DNA of 64,000 nt from an uncultured Bacilli bacterium (GTDB lineage Bacteria > Bacillota_I > Bacilli_A > RF39 > UBA660), in assembly GCA_934176955.1 (NCBI GenBank), contig CAKPOS010000007.1, positions 15,328 to 79,327 on the forward strand, read 5' to 3'. The translations under genes and the position numbers were made by a program. The notes under the pieces are model-generated. The model was not told where the DNA came from. It did no database searches and saw nothing but the letters and a program-made list of their open reading frames with translations. Positions within the stretch are counted from its first letter, which is position 1; every line of letters begins with the position of its first letter. Below are positions 63,993-64,000 of the stretch, one piece after another.

Positions 63993-64000
63993 ATTTTTAA

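Noticed and set aside
1-64000. Alternative genetic code (TGA=Trp, or stop-codon reassignment) as an explanation for in-frame stops
   Set aside because: TGA, TAA and TAG all terminate well-supported genes here (e.g. TGA at 4658, 17693, 24071). Conserved genes such as uvrA, ponA and asnS have no internal stops. The in-frame stops are confined to the decaying element E2.

Overview
Strongly AT-rich Bacillota (Firmicutes) chromosome segment read with the standard bacterial code: TAA, TAG and TGA all terminate long ORFs. No rRNA, tRNA or CRISPR array was seen. All family names come from motif recognition by eye, not from searches.

Layout:
(i) 1-9.4 kb: distal part of a Gram-positive type IV secretion/conjugation module. 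It has VirB2-, VirB6-, PrgI/VirB3- and VirB4-like genes, a three-domain cell-wall hydrolase and a lipoprotein.
(ii) 9.5-16.8 kb: core genes. These are two unlisted YjcZ-like micro-ORFs, an XRE regulator, asnS, a lipoprotein, the recU-ponA pair and yunB.
(iii) 17.0-27.8 kb: a same-strand Tad/Flp-like (type IVc pilus-type) locus. It has duplicated CpaB, a CpaF/TadA ATPase, TadB/TadC, three pilin-like proteins (one an unlisted 47-aa ORF) and a large Cys-rich secreted protein. No prepilin peptidase is present.
(iv) 27.9-33.4 kb: four polytopic GT-C-like membrane proteins, three of them tandem paralogues.
(v) 33.5-43.4 kb: housekeeping genes (lgt, trxB, yqeG-yqeH, mrnC-rlmB-sigH-like, uvrA, a Xer-type recombinase).
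(vi) 43.6-64.0 kb: two related ~10.4 kb integrative elements inserted in tandem at one att site. Three copies of a 46-bp core lie in a terminator hairpin of a candidate small RNA.

Each element has an integrase, a RepA-like ATPase, a small DNA-binding protein and an XRE switch, plus different cargo.
- E1 carries a cassette bounded by ~73-bp inverted repeats. It holds four enzymes and a two-gene ClpB-D2-like AAA+ pair, a candidate defence system that may be Dodola-like.
- E2 is visibly decaying: truncated integrase, frameshifted MobV relaxase, and nonsense codons in two genes. It carries a PHP-nuclease + ABC-type ATPase pair (Ppl/TrlF-like candidate defence gene, apparently split by a frameshift).
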